DNA of 64,000 nt from Bacteroidales bacterium. Lineage in GTDB: Bacteria; Bacteroidota; Bacteroidia; Bacteroidales; P3. Positions 46,977 to 56,313 of this stretch are shown in pieces (position 1 is the stretch's first letter; the number at the start of each line of letters is the position of its first letter). The notes under the pieces were generated by a model that was not told the origin of the DNA, searched no databases, and saw nothing but the letters and a program-made list of their open reading frames with translations. The translations under genes were made by a program, and so were the position numbers. The DNA lies in NCBI GenBank assembly GCA_036653535.1, contig JAVVTR010000002.1, forward strand, positions 71,837 to 135,836, written 5' to 3'.

Positions 46977-47690
46977 TTAATATAATCCTTTTACACGAGC
47001 TTTGCCTGCAATGAAGTCTTTTAGATAAAAAGGTTCAAAATAAGCAATGTTTTCGAAATTTTCCTCTTTATAGGCCTCTAATGCCAAAGGTAACATATAG
47101 CGTGCGCTTGGGCGTAGGTCTTCTAAAAAAAGAGCATTGGGAAAAGACGATAGTGTAGGTTTGCATTTGGTACAACCATTACCCGCAAAGTAAATGGTGT
47201 AATTTTGTAAGTACTCGGCATAGGTATTAGTATCTACAATATCTGCACTTACTTTTCTAATTTCATGACCGTAGATATCGTATAAACCTGCATATACTTC
47301 CATTCGTCCAGCATCCGTCATTGGACAGAAAAGGATATTTTGGTTTTGAGATTCTATTTGTTTTTTTATAAGTGTGGCTGCTTGTTTAGCCATGGCTTGC
47401 AAAGGACTAATCCCAATAAGAGGTTTTTCTAAAGCATAAGCTAAACCTTTTGCGGTGGAAACGCCTATGCGCAAACCGGTGTAAGAACCTGGTCCTTTAC
47501 CGATGATAATAGAGTCGATATCTTTAAATTTATATCCTGTTTCTTGCAGGGTTTCACTGATATAGGTAGCTATAAGAGCCGCATGCTCATTTCCCTTAGC
47601 AGACTCTCTAAAAGATATAATCTTATCTTCAGAAGAAAGTGCCACAGAGCAGATTTCAGTAGATGTTTCTATGTGTAGAAGTGTCGGCAT
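46977..47690 (-). CDS. tsaB: tRNA threonylcarbamoyladenosine biosynthesis protein TsaB
   Basis: ILHIETSTEICSVAL and GPGSYTGLRIGVSTAKGLA motifs. Confidence 0.88.
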   Translation of the reverse strand: MPTLLHIETSTEICSVALSSEDKIISFRESAKGNEHAALIATYISETLQETGYKFKDIDSIIIGKGPGSYTGLRIGVSTAKGLAYALEKPLIGISPLQAMAKQAATLIKKQIESQNQNILFCPMTDAGRMEVYAGLYDIYGHEIRKVSADIVDTNTYAEYLQNYTIYFAGNGCTKCKPTLSSFPNALFLEDLRPSARYMLPLALEAYKEENFENIAYFEPFYLKDFIAGKARVKGLY

Positions 47691-47894
47691 TTTGCCAAAA
47701 TTTTCGTAAAGGTAAAATTTTAAAAGAGTAAAAGAGAAGATTATTTTAAATTGTTTTTGACAATAGATTGTTAGAAACTGTTGGATGAATGGCTTTTGTT
47801 TGAAAAAGAGGAGGGAATTTTGAAAATAAAGATAAATGAATCAATATTTTGTATAAATACACTAAATATATTTGGATAATTCTATTAATTTTTT

Positions 47895-47902
47895 TACTTT
47901 TG
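47895..47902 (+). promoter_or_regulatory. candidate -7 box (TACTTTTG) for rpmG
   Basis: TAnnTTTG match 30 nt upstream of ATG 47932. It lies inside the longer ORF-track reading frame, which supports the shorter start. Confidence 0.5.
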
Positions 47903-47931
47903 CATCCCCAAATAGAAAAGGATTAAGAGAA

Positions 47932-48120
47932 ATGGCTAAGAAAAACAAAGAAGCAAGAGTTCAGGTCATCTTAGAATGTACAGAACACAAAGCCAGTGGT
48001 ATGCCGGGCACTTCGCGTTACATTACCACGAAGAATAAAAAAAACACCCCCGACAGATTGGAATTGAAAAAATACAATTCCATTTTGAAAAAGGTAACCG
48101 TTCATAGAGAAATAAAATAA
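47932..48120 (+). CDS. rpmG: 50S ribosomal protein L33
   Basis: [62 protein letters not shown] is a typical Bacteroidota L33. Confidence 0.9.
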   Translation: MAKKNKEARVQVILECTEHKASGMPGTSRYITTKNKKNTPDRLELKKYNSILKKVTVHREIK

Positions 48121-48128
48121 TTTAAATC

Positions 48129-48284
48129 ATGGCAAAGAAAGTTGTTGCTACCCTAAAAACTTCTACCGGGAAAGATTATGCCAAGGTAGTAAAAGTGGTT
48201 AAATCTCCAAAAACGGGAGCTTATACCTTTAAGGAAGAAATCATTGCGAATGACAAGGTAAAGGATTACTTTTCTCAGAAATAG
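48129..48284 (+). CDS. DUF4295 family small protein
   Basis: This 51-codon ORF is not in the supplied track (below its length cutoff). I read it directly: MAKKVVATLKTSTGKDYAKVVKVVKSPKTGAYTFKEEIIANDKVKDYFSQK. The position between rpmG and ftsY and the sequence style match DUF4295 as I recall it. Confidence 0.7.
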   Translation: MAKKVVATLKTSTGKDYAKVVKVVKSPKTGAYTFKEEIIANDKVKDYFSQK

Positions 48285-48319
48285 TATTTTAATCCTTGAG
48301 TCATAGAACTTTAATATCA

Positions 48320-48348
48320 AGAGAGCTTCAAGGGAGGCTCTCTTTTTG
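48320..48348 (+). terminator. rho-independent terminator after rpmG/DUF4295
   Basis: The stem is agagagc / gctctct with a 10-nt loop, followed by ttttt. Confidence 0.65.
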
Positions 48349-48380
48349 TGTTTATACGTGTTACAAATAAAACAAAGTAA

Positions 48381-49349
48381 ATGGGCTTATTTTCTTTTTT
48401 CTCCAAAGATAAAAAAGATACACTCCATGATGGTTTGAGTAAAACCAAGGAAAGTGTATTTAAAAAATTAACGAAAGCCGTAGCAGGCAAAACGAAAATT
48501 GATGAAGAGGTTTTAGATAATTTGGAGGAAGTGCTAATATCTTCGGATATTGGAGTGGAAACTACTTTGCAGATAATATCCAGGATAGAAGAGAGAGTGG
48601 CACGAGACAAATATTTGGGAACTGCCGAATTGAATCAACTATTGAAAGAGGAGATTGTTGCCTTATTAACCGACAATAAAGTTGCCTCTGAATGGGAGGA
48701 TGTTTTGGGAGGAGAACACATAGAAAAACAAACCAAGAAGCCCTATGTTATAATGGTGGTTGGGGTAAATGGTGTAGGCAAGACTACTACTATAGGAAAA
48801 TTGGCTTATAAATTAAAAAACAGCGGTGCAAAAGTGGTTTTGGGAGCGGCAGATACCTTTAGGGCTGCAGCTATAGAACAATTAGAAGAATGGGGTAAGA
48901 GAGTAGATGTGCCGGTCATTTCACAGGTAATGGGAGCAGATCCTGCTTCCGTGGCGTTTGATACTCTAAAGTCAGCTATCGCTAAAGAGGCTGATGTGGT
49001 CATAATAGATACGGCGGGTCGTTTGCACAATAAAATAAACCTAATGAACGAACTTTCTAAAATAAAGAACGTTATGGGTAAAGTTGTTCCAGGGGCACCG
49101 CATGAAATTTTGCTTGTTTTGGATGCCTCTACAGGACAAAATGCAATAGAACAGGCAAAGCAATTTACTACTGCAACCGAAGTAAATGCTTTAGCGCTTA
49201 CCAAATTAGATGGGACTGCTAAGGGTGGAGTAGTTATTGGTATATCTGCACAATTTAAAATTCCAGTTAAATATATAGGCGTTGGTGAAAAGTTGAATGA
49301 TTTACAACTTTTTGACAAAGTAGCATTTGTAAATTCTCTTTTTGAATAA
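48381..49349 (+). CDS. ftsY: signal recognition particle receptor FtsY
   Basis: NG domain motifs GVNGVGKTTTIGKLA, DTAGRL, TKLDGTAKGG and GVGEKLNDL. Confidence 0.93.
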   Translation: MGLFSFFSKDKKDTLHDGLSKTKESVFKKLTKAVAGKTKIDEEVLDNLEEVLISSDIGVETTLQIISRIEERVARDKYLGTAELNQLLKEEIVALLTDNKVASEWEDVLGGEHIEKQTKKPYVIMVVGVNGVGKTTTIGKLAYKLKNSGAKVVLGAADTFRAAAIEQLEEWGKRVDVPVISQVMGADPASVAFDTLKSAIAKEADVVIIDTAGRLHNKINLMNELSKIKNVMGKVVPGAPHEILLVLDASTGQNAIEQAKQFTTATEVNALALTKLDGTAKGGVVIGISAQFKIPVKYIGVGEKLNDLQLFDKVAFVNSLFE

Positions 49350-49459
49350 TAACACAGGGATTTCTCTGAAATTTTGTGATAACAAAGTAGAAAAGTCGTT
49401 TGAATAAACACTCTTTGTATAAGATGCAAAAGTTCGAAAATCTCTCTTAATGAAGATTA

Positions 49460-50755
49460 ATGCCCACATTAAAAGTAATCAGTTTAGGTTGTTCTAAAAA
49501 CACGGTAGATTCGGAAATTATTATGGGAAATGCTGAAAGCTCCCATTGGTCTTTGTTCCCTTCCGATAGTTTAAAAAATCCAGATGTATTGTTGATCAAT
49601 ACTTGTGGCTTTATAGGGGATGCGAAGAATGAATCCATAGAAATGATTTTAAGAGCAGTAGGATTAAAAATATCCCATAAAATTCACAAATTATATGTGA
49701 TGGGATGCTTGGTAGAACGTCATGGAAAAGAATTGGCTCAAGAAATAGAAGAAGTGGATGCTTGGTTTGGAGCTAACAAAATAGAAGAGGTAATACATGC
49801 TATTATAGAGGAAAATATAGAAGTCAATTTACAGGATAGAGAACTCACTACTCCATCGCATTATGCGTATTTGAAAATTTCGGAGGGCTGTGATCGCAGA
49901 TGTTCTTTTTGTGCCATTCCCCTTATACGAGGGAAACATATTTCTCGTTCCATAGAAGATATAGTTTCTGAAGCACGTGCTTTAGTTCATTTGGGTGTAA
50001 AGGAATTGATTATTATAGCACAAGATGTTACTTATTATGGGGTGGATTTGTATGGAGAAAGACGAATATCTTCCTTGTTACAGGAATTGCTTAAGATAGA
50101 AAATTTGGAATGGATACGGTTACAATATCTTTACCCTCATGGTTTCCCGGAAGATTTAATTGCTTTAATGCAGAGAGAGCCTAAAATATGTAAGTATATT
50201 GATATTCCATTGCAACATATTTCTTCTTCGGTTTTGGATAGTATGAAGAGAACATCTACTAAAGAACAAACGGAAGAATTATTGCATAAACTTAGAAAAG
50301 CTTTACCAAATGCTGCTTTTAGAACGACTTTAATTGTTGGATATCCTAATGAAACGGAAGCGGATTTTGAAGCTTTAAAACAGTTTGTAAGAGAATTTAG
50401 ATTTGAACGCTTGGGCGTTTTTATGTATTCGGCAGAAGAGGGTACTTCTGCGTGGGATTTGGGAGATAAGGTTTCAGAAGATTTGAAAAATCATAGGGCT
50501 GATGAAATCATGGAATTACAGGAGTCTATATCTTATGATATTAACAGTTCCAAAATCGGGAAAATTTATAAGGTGATTATAGATAGAAAAGAAGGGGATT
50601 ATTATGTGGGACGGACGGAATATGATTCTCCAGAGGTAGATGATGAGGTCTTAATACCCTTAGAAGAAAAAGGATTAAAAATAGGGGCGTTTTATTCAGT
50701 GAAAATAACAGAGGCAGAAGCACACGATCTTTATGCTACTACTTCTGTTCAATAG
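49460..50755 (+). CDS. rimO: ribosomal protein S12 methylthiotransferase RimO
   Basis: The N-terminal LGCSKN...NTCGF cluster, the radical-SAM motif CDRRCSFCAIP and a C-terminal TRAM-like domain are all present. Confidence 0.92.
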   Translation: MPTLKVISLGCSKNTVDSEIIMGNAESSHWSLFPSDSLKNPDVLLINTCGFIGDAKNESIEMILRAVGLKISHKIHKLYVMGCLVERHGKELAQEIEEVDAWFGANKIEEVIHAIIEENIEVNLQDRELTTPSHYAYLKISEGCDRRCSFCAIPLIRGKHISRSIEDIVSEARALVHLGVKELIIIAQDVTYYGVDLYGERRISSLLQELLKIENLEWIRLQYLYPHGFPEDLIALMQREPKICKYIDIPLQHISSSVLDSMKRTSTKEQTEELLHKLRKALPNAAFRTTLIVGYPNETEADFEALKQFVREFRFERLGVFMYSAEEGTSAWDLGDKVSEDLKNHRADEIMELQESISYDINSSKIGKIYKVIIDRKEGDYYVGRTEYDSPEVDDEVLIPLEEKGLKIGAFYSVKITEAEAHDLYATTSVQ

Positions 50756-50796
50756 GTGGAGAAAGAAGATAGTGTCGAGTTCCAAAATAAAAAAAA

Positions 50797-50831
50797 CAGG
50801 GGGTCTAAAAGTTTAGACCCCCTGTTTTTTT
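50797..50831. terminator. bidirectional terminator between rimO and the serA-like gene
   Basis: A perfect stem, cagggggtctaaa / tttagaccccctg, with a 2-nt spacer (so the innermost pairs must open to form the loop). It is flanked by an A-run on the left and a T-run on the right, between convergent genes. Confidence 0.8.
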
Positions 50832-50846
50832 ATTAAGTGCAAAATT

Positions 50847-51764
50847 CTATTTATTTACTTGAAAGGTTTTGTCTCCTTCTTTGATAAATTTTACAATTTG
50901 GTTGGCGGATGCTAAACCAGCATTAACATTGGCTTCTGCTGTTTCTGCTCCCATTTTTTTAGGAGTTGCAAAATAACGACCAGCAAATTTGCTGTTTAGT
51001 TCTTCGTTAATTACAGGCATAACATCGGTTGCATATTTGAAGTCTGGACGATCGTTCATTAATCTAAGTAAATCGGCTTCATTAATTACTTCTTTACGTG
51101 CGGTATTAACTAAAAGAGCACCTTTAGGCATACGATTTAATAGATCGTAATTAATGGAAGCTGCAGTATCTTTATTAGATGGAATATGTAAAGAAATTAC
51201 ATCGCAAGTGCTGTATAATTCTTCAGCAGAAGATAAGGCTTTAACTCCATCTTCTTTCATGGTAGCTTTGGGACGAATGGCGTATGCGAAAACTTCCATA
51301 CCCAAGCATTTGGCAATGCGGGCTACGTTGCGTCCTACATGACCATAAGCATGAATACCTAATTTTTTCCCTTTTAATTCCATGCCGGTTCCTGGACGAA
51401 AAGTGTTACGATACATGTATATCATCATGCCAACGGCTAATTCTGCAACGGCATTGGAGTTTTGTCCTGGAGTATTCATGGCAACGATACCACGAGCAGA
51501 GCAAGCTGCTAAATCAAGATTATCATATCCAGCTCCTGCACGAACTACAATTTTAAGATTTTTAGCATGGTCAATTACCTCTTTGGTAACTTTATCGGAC
51601 CGTACAATTAAAGCATCTACATCTGCAACGGCTTTATAAAATTCGTTAACATCTGTATATTTTTCACAAAGAACTAAATTAAAACCGGCTGCTTCAACGA
51701 TATGACGAATACCATCTACAGCGGCTTTAGCAAAAGGTTTTTCTGTGGCAATTAATACTTTCAT
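50847..51764 (-). CDS. serA: D-3-phosphoglycerate dehydrogenase (short 2-hydroxyacid dehydrogenase form)
   Basis: 305 aa with RAGAGYDNLD, the NAD-binding motif GIHAYGHVGRNVA and the D-2-hydroxyacid dehydrogenase layout. It lies immediately downstream of serC. Confidence 0.82.
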   Translation of the reverse strand: MKVLIATEKPFAKAAVDGIRHIVEAAGFNLVLCEKYTDVNEFYKAVADVDALIVRSDKVTKEVIDHAKNLKIVVRAGAGYDNLDLAACSARGIVAMNTPGQNSNAVAELAVGMMIYMYRNTFRPGTGMELKGKKLGIHAYGHVGRNVARIAKCLGMEVFAYAIRPKATMKEDGVKALSSAEELYSTCDVISLHIPSNKDTAASINYDLLNRMPKGALLVNTARKEVINEADLLRLMNDRPDFKYATDVMPVINEELNSKFAGRYFATPKKMGAETAEANVNAGLASANQIVKFIKEGDKTFQVNK

Positions 51765-51818
51765 GATTTTATTTTTTAGGTTTATTTATATCCAATGGGA
51801 TAATACATAAAATAAAGA

Positions 51819-51862
51819 GAACCCTCAAATATATTCCATTATAGAATAGTATTTGAGGGTTC
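51819..51862 (-). terminator. intercistronic hairpin between serC and serA (terminator-like)
   Basis: A perfect 13-bp stem, gaaccctcaaata (51819-51831) / tatttgagggttc (51850-51862), with a further 5-bp inner stem (tattc/gaata). On the minus-strand RNA it is followed by tctttatttta. Confidence 0.55.
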
Positions 51863-51880
51863 CTTTGGTAATTTTAAAAA

Positions 51881-52957
51881 TTAAGCATTTTGTTTGGCAA
51901 AATCTTGCATGCAATTAATTAATGCTTGAACACTTTCTTTAGGACAAGAATTATAAATAGAAGCACGGAATCCACCTACAGAGCGGTGACCCTTTATACC
52001 TACCATGCCAGCTGCTTTAGCAAATTCAAGGAATTCGGCTTCTTTGGCTTTGTATTTATCTTCCATAACGAAACAAACATTCATGCGAGAACGATCACCC
52101 TTGTCTATAACGGTACCTTTAAACATAGGATTGCGGTCTATCTCATTATAGAGCATGTCCGATTTTTCGATATTCATTTTTTCAATTACTTTCAGGCCAC
52201 CCATAGATTTAACCCATTTCAAAGTTTCGTGCATGATGAAAATAGGAAATACAGGAGGAGTATTGAACATGGAACTTTCTTTGATGTGGGTACGATAGTC
52301 TATCATAGTAGGAATAGGATGATCCACTTTACCTAAGATATCTTCCCGTACAATTACAACGGTAACCCCAGCAGGACCAACGTTCTTTTGTGCACCACCA
52401 TAAATAAGTCCGTATTTTTTTATATCTACTGGACGGCTCATAAAATCGGAAGACATATCTGCAACTAAAGTAACAGGACTGTCTATATCTTCTCTGATTT
52501 CTGTACCATAAATGGTGTTATTGGTAGTGATATGGAAATAATCGGCGTCTGTAGGAATTTTCCAACCTTTTGGAATATGATTATAAACGCTCTCTTTAGA
52601 AGAGGCTACGATTTCAACTTCTCCAAAAAATTTAGCTTCTTTACCAGCTTTGCTGGCCCAAACACCAGTTTCGAGATAAGCAGCTTTTTTATTGAAAAGA
52701 TTGAAAGGAACGTAACAGAATTGCGTGCTGGCACCACCTCCTAAGAATAAAACGTGATAACCTTCAGGAATATTATACAATTCTTTCCATAGGGCAACGG
52801 TTTCATCCATAATGGCTTGCCATTCTTTTGTACGGTGAGAAACTTCAATGACCGACATTCCTGTTCCGGCAAAATCTTTCAAAGCTTCGATTCCTGCTTG
52901 AATTGCAGGCTTCGGTAAAACGCAGGGTCCTGCGTTGAAATTGTGTGCTGTTTTCAT
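51881..52957 (-). CDS. serC: 3-phosphoserine/phosphohydroxythreonine aminotransferase
   Basis: [17 protein letters not shown] and [20 protein letters not shown] (PLP Lys) motifs. Confidence 0.93.
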   Translation of the reverse strand: MKTAHNFNAGPCVLPKPAIQAGIEALKDFAGTGMSVIEVSHRTKEWQAIMDETVALWKELYNIPEGYHVLFLGGGASTQFCYVPFNLFNKKAAYLETGVWASKAGKEAKFFGEVEIVASSKESVYNHIPKGWKIPTDADYFHITTNNTIYGTEIREDIDSPVTLVADMSSDFMSRPVDIKKYGLIYGGAQKNVGPAGVTVVIVREDILGKVDHPIPTMIDYRTHIKESSMFNTPPVFPIFIMHETLKWVKSMGGLKVIEKMNIEKSDMLYNEIDRNPMFKGTVIDKGDRSRMNVCFVMEDKYKAKEAEFLEFAKAAGMVGIKGHRSVGGFRASIYNSCPKESVQALINCMQDFAKQNA

Positions 52958-53027
52958 TTTATGATAATAATTTGAGTTTCAGGATAAATAAGTTATTTTA
53001 ATAAATAAAAAAACTTTAAAACGAGTG

Positions 53028-53035
53028 CAAACATA
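53028..53035 (-). promoter_or_regulatory. candidate -7 box (TATGTTTG on the minus strand) for serC
   Basis: TAnnTTTG match about 70 nt upstream of the serC ATG. Confidence 0.4.
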
Positions 53036-53086
53036 GGTCAAATTTTCTAATTTTCAAAGAAATTTTGAGAGATTTAAAAAAAACCT

Positions 53087-53094
53087 TACATTTG
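53087..53094 (+). promoter_or_regulatory. candidate -7 box (TACATTTG) for the first beta-barrel gene
   Basis: TAnnTTTG match 24 nt upstream of ATG 53118. Confidence 0.5.
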
Positions 53095-53117
53095 CTCTAT
53101 TATTAAAACACACCAGT

Positions 53118-53900
53118 ATGAATCATTTGAAAAAAAGCGTATATTATTCGTTGGTTTTTCTTGTTTTTCTGTGTTTATCAACTCGTGTTTTTTCGCAAAA
53201 AATTGCTCTTCGTCATCATGAATTTGGTATTGCTGGTGGATGGGCGTTTCCCATGTCGGATTTTAAAGGTTTGCCTCTCTTTGATAAAACAAATAACACT
53301 ATGTCCATTAATGGTGCCAAAACAGGATTAAGCATGGATGTTCATTATACTTATTTTCCGTGGAAATGGGCGGGATTTGGACTACTTGTTAATGCACAGA
53401 TGTACGATTTAAATGGAGATGCTAAGAACGCACTTAAGGCGTCTATTCCCAATCTTGCCTTTCCGGGTGTGGCATTGGAATCGAGTCGATGGCAAAATTA
53501 TTCCATACGTTTTGTGGTGGATATTAATATTCCTTTGTTTTTAGGACTCTCTATTACTGCGAGAGGCACTGCAGGGGCGGCGTGGCAAATAACCCCTCCC
53601 ATAGATTTGTATTTTGGAGTTCCAAATCCTCCTTATTTGGGGTCCTTGTCCTACCAATCCGATGTCAAAGCAAATTTTATAACCAGTGGGGGAATAGGAA
53701 TTAAATGGAGAATTATAGGCCCCCTCACCCTCACGGCTAATGCAGATTACCAATATTCCCCTACGTATAAACATAAGGATGTTCTCGTTGCATTGAGTCC
53801 GGAAAATATAAATACACCCAATGAATCCACGGGGAAAATTAATATTAATCAGCCTTATCAGGCGGTTACGTTTACTTTTGGTTTGGCATTCAAATTTTAA
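53118..53900 (+). CDS. outer membrane beta-barrel protein (paralogue 1 of 3)
   Basis: 260 aa with a signal peptide (VFSQ), alternating-hydrophobic strands, and a C-terminal aromatic beta-signal (FTFGLAFKF). It shares GAKxG and GGxGxK/QW motifs with the next two ORFs. Confidence 0.7.
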   Translation: MNHLKKSVYYSLVFLVFLCLSTRVFSQKIALRHHEFGIAGGWAFPMSDFKGLPLFDKTNNTMSINGAKTGLSMDVHYTYFPWKWAGFGLLVNAQMYDLNGDAKNALKASIPNLAFPGVALESSRWQNYSIRFVVDINIPLFLGLSITARGTAGAAWQITPPIDLYFGVPNPPYLGSLSYQSDVKANFITSGGIGIKWRIIGPLTLTANADYQYSPTYKHKDVLVALSPENINTPNESTGKININQPYQAVTFTFGLAFKF

Positions 53901-53941
53901 TAAGATTTGAAAACTTATTAGAATTAAGTTAGTATCTCTAT

Positions 53942-54712
53942 ATGAAGAAATTTACATTTTTGTTATTATTATTGGTATTGGGAATAGATTGTGAAAAATC
54001 CTTGGCTCAGCAAGCATATCGCTTATCTAAATTTACCACAGAAGAGGATTTAAAAGCAGAAGTGTCTTTTCGGATTGGACCATCTATTGCCGTAGGAAAA
54101 TTTAAAAATGTAAATGCTTTTTCGGATCAAATTGCACAAGGAGCCAAAATGGGTGGTTTGGTGGACATTGCTTATAATTATTATTTTACACCTCGTTTTG
54201 GAATAGGTTTTGCAGTGGGAGGGCAATGGTTTGCTTACTCTTTTTCAGATGTAAATAAAGAAACTTCCTCTTCGTTTTCCCCGTCACCGACCACAAGTAA
54301 AAACTCTACAAAAATAAAGAAATCAGCTTGGGAAATGTATTCCTTAGGTCTCGTGTTAAATGCGCGAATACCATTGCTTCGTAAACTTTATTTTACAGGG
54401 AGAATAGAATTGGCTTATGCTATATTGCTTTCTCCAAAAATGGAAATGATATACAAAAACGATAAAAGGCAGGTCTATAATCGAGAAACGCTTATGAGAG
54501 GTTCTACTACTAATCACTTTTTATTGGCTGGAGGAGTAGGCTTACAATATCGTTTTGTGAAAAATATTTTAGGACAAATTAATTTTGATTATATGTTTTT
54601 TCCCACCACCAGTTTCGGTTCCGATCAGGTGGGTACAAAAATAAATAAAGAAGGTTTGCGATTGCAATATTCTGCTTTTGCCATTAGCCTTGGGGTGAGT
54701 TATGCATTTTGA
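53942..54712 (+). CDS. outer membrane beta-barrel protein (paralogue 2 of 3)
   Basis: 256 aa with a signal peptide (SLAQQ) and a C-terminal ISLGVSYAF. It shares motifs with its neighbours (QGAKMGG, GGVGLQYRF). Confidence 0.7.
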   Translation: MKKFTFLLLLLVLGIDCEKSLAQQAYRLSKFTTEEDLKAEVSFRIGPSIAVGKFKNVNAFSDQIAQGAKMGGLVDIAYNYYFTPRFGIGFAVGGQWFAYSFSDVNKETSSSFSPSPTTSKNSTKIKKSAWEMYSLGLVLNARIPLLRKLYFTGRIELAYAILLSPKMEMIYKNDKRQVYNRETLMRGSTTNHFLLAGGVGLQYRFVKNILGQINFDYMFFPTTSFGSDQVGTKINKEGLRLQYSAFAISLGVSYAF

Positions 54713-54728
54713 AGATAGAAAATACTAA

Positions 54729-55532
54729 ATGAAAAAGATATTGATTAGAGTAAGCGTTTTTTCGCTTGCCTTTTTTTTGTGTATAGGTGTTTATGCAGGA
54801 GGAAGTTTTACCAATTTAAAAAGAGCAGAATTAGAGATACATGTAGGTACAGCTATTCCCTTAGGTCCTTTTTCCCAAAAAGGATTTTCGTCTTATTTTT
54901 ATGATGCTAAAAAAGCGGAAGGAACGTTGCTGTATAACGGAGCAAAAGTAGGGGTTAATTATGGATTGTCTTTGGCTTTTTATATTAGTGATTATTGGGG
55001 GGTGATGCTTTTGTTTAATGGGCATTCGAATGGCTTAAATACGAATGATTTTTCAGGAACAGATCCTAATAGTAGATTGGGACGGTTAAATTGGACCACT
55101 ATAGAGGTGGATAAATGGTCGGAATTTACGGCTTTAGCTGGGGTTACGTTTCGATATCCTATTATAGATCGTTTATTGATCACCTCTAAATTGGGTATAG
55201 GTTATGCTCATTTACTGGCCCCTTTTTATAAATCGCAAGCACAAGATAAAAATATCACTTATGTACATGAGTTTAGTCCTAATTCCGAGCCTAATTTTGG
55301 ATTTGGATTTGGAGTAGGCTTGAAATGGTTGGTGAGTCGTAGTTTTCATTTAGACTTAAGATGTGAATATATGGGTGCTTTGCCTTTTAAATTTGAAAAT
55401 GCAAAAAGTGCAATACATTTGGAATCTCCTTTAACAGAGGATAAAGTTCCTTATGGGGAACCCTCTAAATATGCCTTTACAGAAAACTTCCACAGCATAA
55501 ATGTGAGTTTGGGATTTAGTATCGCTTTTTAA
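54729..55532 (+). CDS. outer membrane beta-barrel protein (paralogue 3 of 3)
   Basis: 267 aa with a signal peptide and a C-terminal VSLGFSIAF. It shares motifs with its neighbours (NGAKVGV, GFGVGLKWLV). Confidence 0.7.
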   Translation: MKKILIRVSVFSLAFFLCIGVYAGGSFTNLKRAELEIHVGTAIPLGPFSQKGFSSYFYDAKKAEGTLLYNGAKVGVNYGLSLAFYISDYWGVMLLFNGHSNGLNTNDFSGTDPNSRLGRLNWTTIEVDKWSEFTALAGVTFRYPIIDRLLITSKLGIGYAHLLAPFYKSQAQDKNITYVHEFSPNSEPNFGFGFGVGLKWLVSRSFHLDLRCEYMGALPFKFENAKSAIHLESPLTEDKVPYGEPSKYAFTENFHSINVSLGFSIAF

Positions 55533-55539
55533 ATTAATC

Positions 55540-56181
55540 ATGATTAGAAAAGAGTTATATAGCCATGTTTTAGATTGGTTTGAGCAAAATATGCCCTTGG
55601 CTAAGAGTGAATTGAATTATCAAAATGCTTATGAATTGCTGGTTGCTGTTATTTTATCTGCACAGTGTACCGATAAACGAGTTAATATAGTAACTCCAGC
55701 TTTTTTTAAAAGATTTCCAAACGTACAAAGTTTGTCGGAAAGTAATTCCTCGGAAATTTTTGAATATATCCGATCTATATCTTATCCTAATAACAAGAGT
55801 AAACATTTGTTGGGGATGGCTAAAATGCTAATAGATGAATTTCATGGGGAGATTCCAAGTTTGGTAGAGGATATGATGCGTTTGCCTGGGGTTGGACGAA
55901 AGACAGCTCATGTGATAGCTTCTATTATTTATCATCAACCTACCATGGCGGTGGATACTCATGTTTTTCGCGTTTCTTCCCGAATAGGGCTAAGTAAAGG
56001 AGCTAAAACGCCATTGGAGACAGAAAAACAATTGATGAGATATATACCACTGGAAAAAGTGGGGAAAGCACATCATTGGTTGATTTTACATGGGCGATAT
56101 GTTTGCAAGGCGAGAAATCCCAAGTGTGAAACGTGTGGGTTGCGGCAATGGTGTAGTTATGCAAATGAAAATAGAGAATAG
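55540..56181 (+). CDS. nth: endonuclease III
   Basis: The HhH-GPD motif LPGVGRKTAHV, the catalytic region VDTHVFRV and the 4Fe-4S cluster ending CKARNPKCETCGLRQWC are all present. Confidence 0.92.
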   Translation: MIRKELYSHVLDWFEQNMPLAKSELNYQNAYELLVAVILSAQCTDKRVNIVTPAFFKRFPNVQSLSESNSSEIFEYIRSISYPNNKSKHLLGMAKMLIDEFHGEIPSLVEDMMRLPGVGRKTAHVIASIIYHQPTMAVDTHVFRVSSRIGLSKGAKTPLETEKQLMRYIPLEKVGKAHHWLILHGRYVCKARNPKCETCGLRQWCSYANENRE

Positions 56182-56313
56182 CTTAAAAAAAACAGGGTCT
56201 TATTTTTTGTGGAAAATTTCATTATAAAACGAGTAGGAGTTCATAGTTCCACCAAGAGTATAAAATGGCTCTCACGGAGTTCTATACGTCTTATTTATTA
56301 AAATTATTTTCGT

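Noticed and set aside
48806-49429. 207-aa minus-strand ORF.
   Set aside because: It is entirely antisense to the well-supported ftsY gene. It is low-complexity Ser/Thr/Ala-rich with no motif.
51154-52336. Several plus-strand ORFs of 62-136 aa.
   Set aside because: All are antisense to serA or serC, which carry unambiguous enzyme motifs.
56182-56313. Direct repeat ggagttcata / ggagttctata upstream of lpxB as a possible operator.
   Set aside because: There are only two imperfect 10-11-nt copies in AT-rich DNA, with no palindrome and no adjacent regulator. That is too weak to call.
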